From Synechococcus sp. (GTDB taxonomy: Bacteria; Cyanobacteriota; Cyanobacteriia; PCC-6307; Cyanobiaceae): a stretch of 64,000 nucleotides of DNA. The stretch spans positions 224,136-288,135 of the forward strand of contig JBJBDC010000001.1 of assembly GCA_047285535.1 (NCBI GenBank). Reading direction: 5' to 3'. A model generated the notes under the pieces. The model did no database searches. It was not told the origin of the DNA and saw only the letters and a list, made by a program, of their open reading frames with translations. Positions 63,313 to 64,000 of this stretch are shown here, one piece after another. The position numbers and the translations under genes were made by a program. Within the stretch, counting starts at the first letter, position 1; every line of letters begins with the position of its first letter.

Positions 63313-64000
63313 CTAAGCGGCAGCAAGCGGGTTCAGTTGCTGCAGCATTCGTCCAGCAATGCGCCGTGGGTTAAAGGTTCGTCCTAGAAGAGATGTGAGT
63401 GACCGAATGTCTTCGGTGCTGAGTCGATCGTCACGCACCAAGGTGAGAAGTAAGCGTCTGCGCAGGTCTGCGCCATCTTTACTAAGTAAGAGCCGCAGCC
63501 CTGCACCAGCAACCGGAATTAACTCAGCTCCGGGTGTTGGAGAATCACTTCCAATAACCTCGAGCAGGCTTTCCAGCCGTTCGAGACGCAAATGGCCATC
63601 TGTATCAAATAAGACTTCCAGGAGCTTTTCGCGCATTTCTCTGGTGTCTCCCGCGAGCAGGCGTTTTGCCACATAGGGATAGGCCACTGCAATGATTTTG
63701 AAGTCTTCATCCAGTCGAAGTGCCAGTCCTTCCTGGCTCACAACAGCTCGGATAATCAACGCAAAGCGAGCAGGAACACGGAACGGATAGTCATACATCA
63801 GTTCAGAGAATCGATCCGTAATGGCTTTGAAATTGAAGGTCCCTACGGAGTCACCCAGGCTTCCCCCTAACACCTCCTTTAGCGGTGGAATGATGGAATC
63901 CAGGTCTGCATTAGGAGCCAAGAAGCCCAATCTCTGGAAATCTTTTGCAAGTGCTGCAAAATCCTTATTGATGAGATGAACAACAGCTGCGGTGAGTGTT
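63313..64000 (-). CDS. ABC1/UbiB/AarF family kinase, 3' part
   Basis: DF..LGFL, YDYPFRVPARFALIIRAV...EG.A..LD..F.I...AYPY. Confidence 0.85.
   Translation of the reverse strand, partial: TLTAAVVHLINKDFAALAKDFQRLGFLAPNADLDSIIPPLKEVLGGSLGDSVGTFNFKAITDRFSELMYDYPFRVPARFALIIRAVVSQEGLALRLDEDFKIIAVAYPYVAKRLLAGDTREMREKLLEVLFDTDGHLRLERLESLLEVIGSDSPTPGAELIPVAGAGLRLLLSKDGADLRRRLLLTLVRDDRLSTEDIRSLTSLLGRTFNPRRIAGRMLQQLNPLAAA

Overview
Chromosomal window from a marine picocyanobacterium, most likely Synechococcus (inferred from gene content: CpcD-domain petH, zwf-opcA, sasA, crtL, NADPH-type dvr). About 1-32.3 kb and 52.2-64 kb are core genome (gyrA, crtL, GH57, leuA, petF, folD, crtE, cobB, opcA, zwf, petH, tRNA-Glu, sasA, pepN; then prs, LCP, dvr, malQ, rodZ-like, a group 2 sigma factor, an ABC1 kinase). 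Between convergent pepN and prs lies a ~20 kb AT-richer, gene-poor island with no recognisable integrase. It carries a GHL10 hydrolase, a TerB-like protein, a serralysin/RTX metalloprotease, a K-channel-like protein with a degenerate filter, an orphan GrrA/OscA-type triceptide precursor, a double-glycine peptide precursor, several small secreted peptides, decayed genes and many strong hairpins. The most notable pattern is two perfect and two near-perfect CRP-type boxes (TGTGA-N6-TCACA), three of them upstream of genes for exported products. At 49.4-50.5 kb a near-identical CRP box and a near-identical terminator are reused around unrelated small secreted-peptide genes. This suggests a cAMP/CRP-controlled, cassette-like secreted-peptide module (inference). 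A second small accessory patch at 59.5-61.8 kb holds a thermonuclease, a secreted protein and ecotin. All calls come from reading sequence motifs; no database searches were run.
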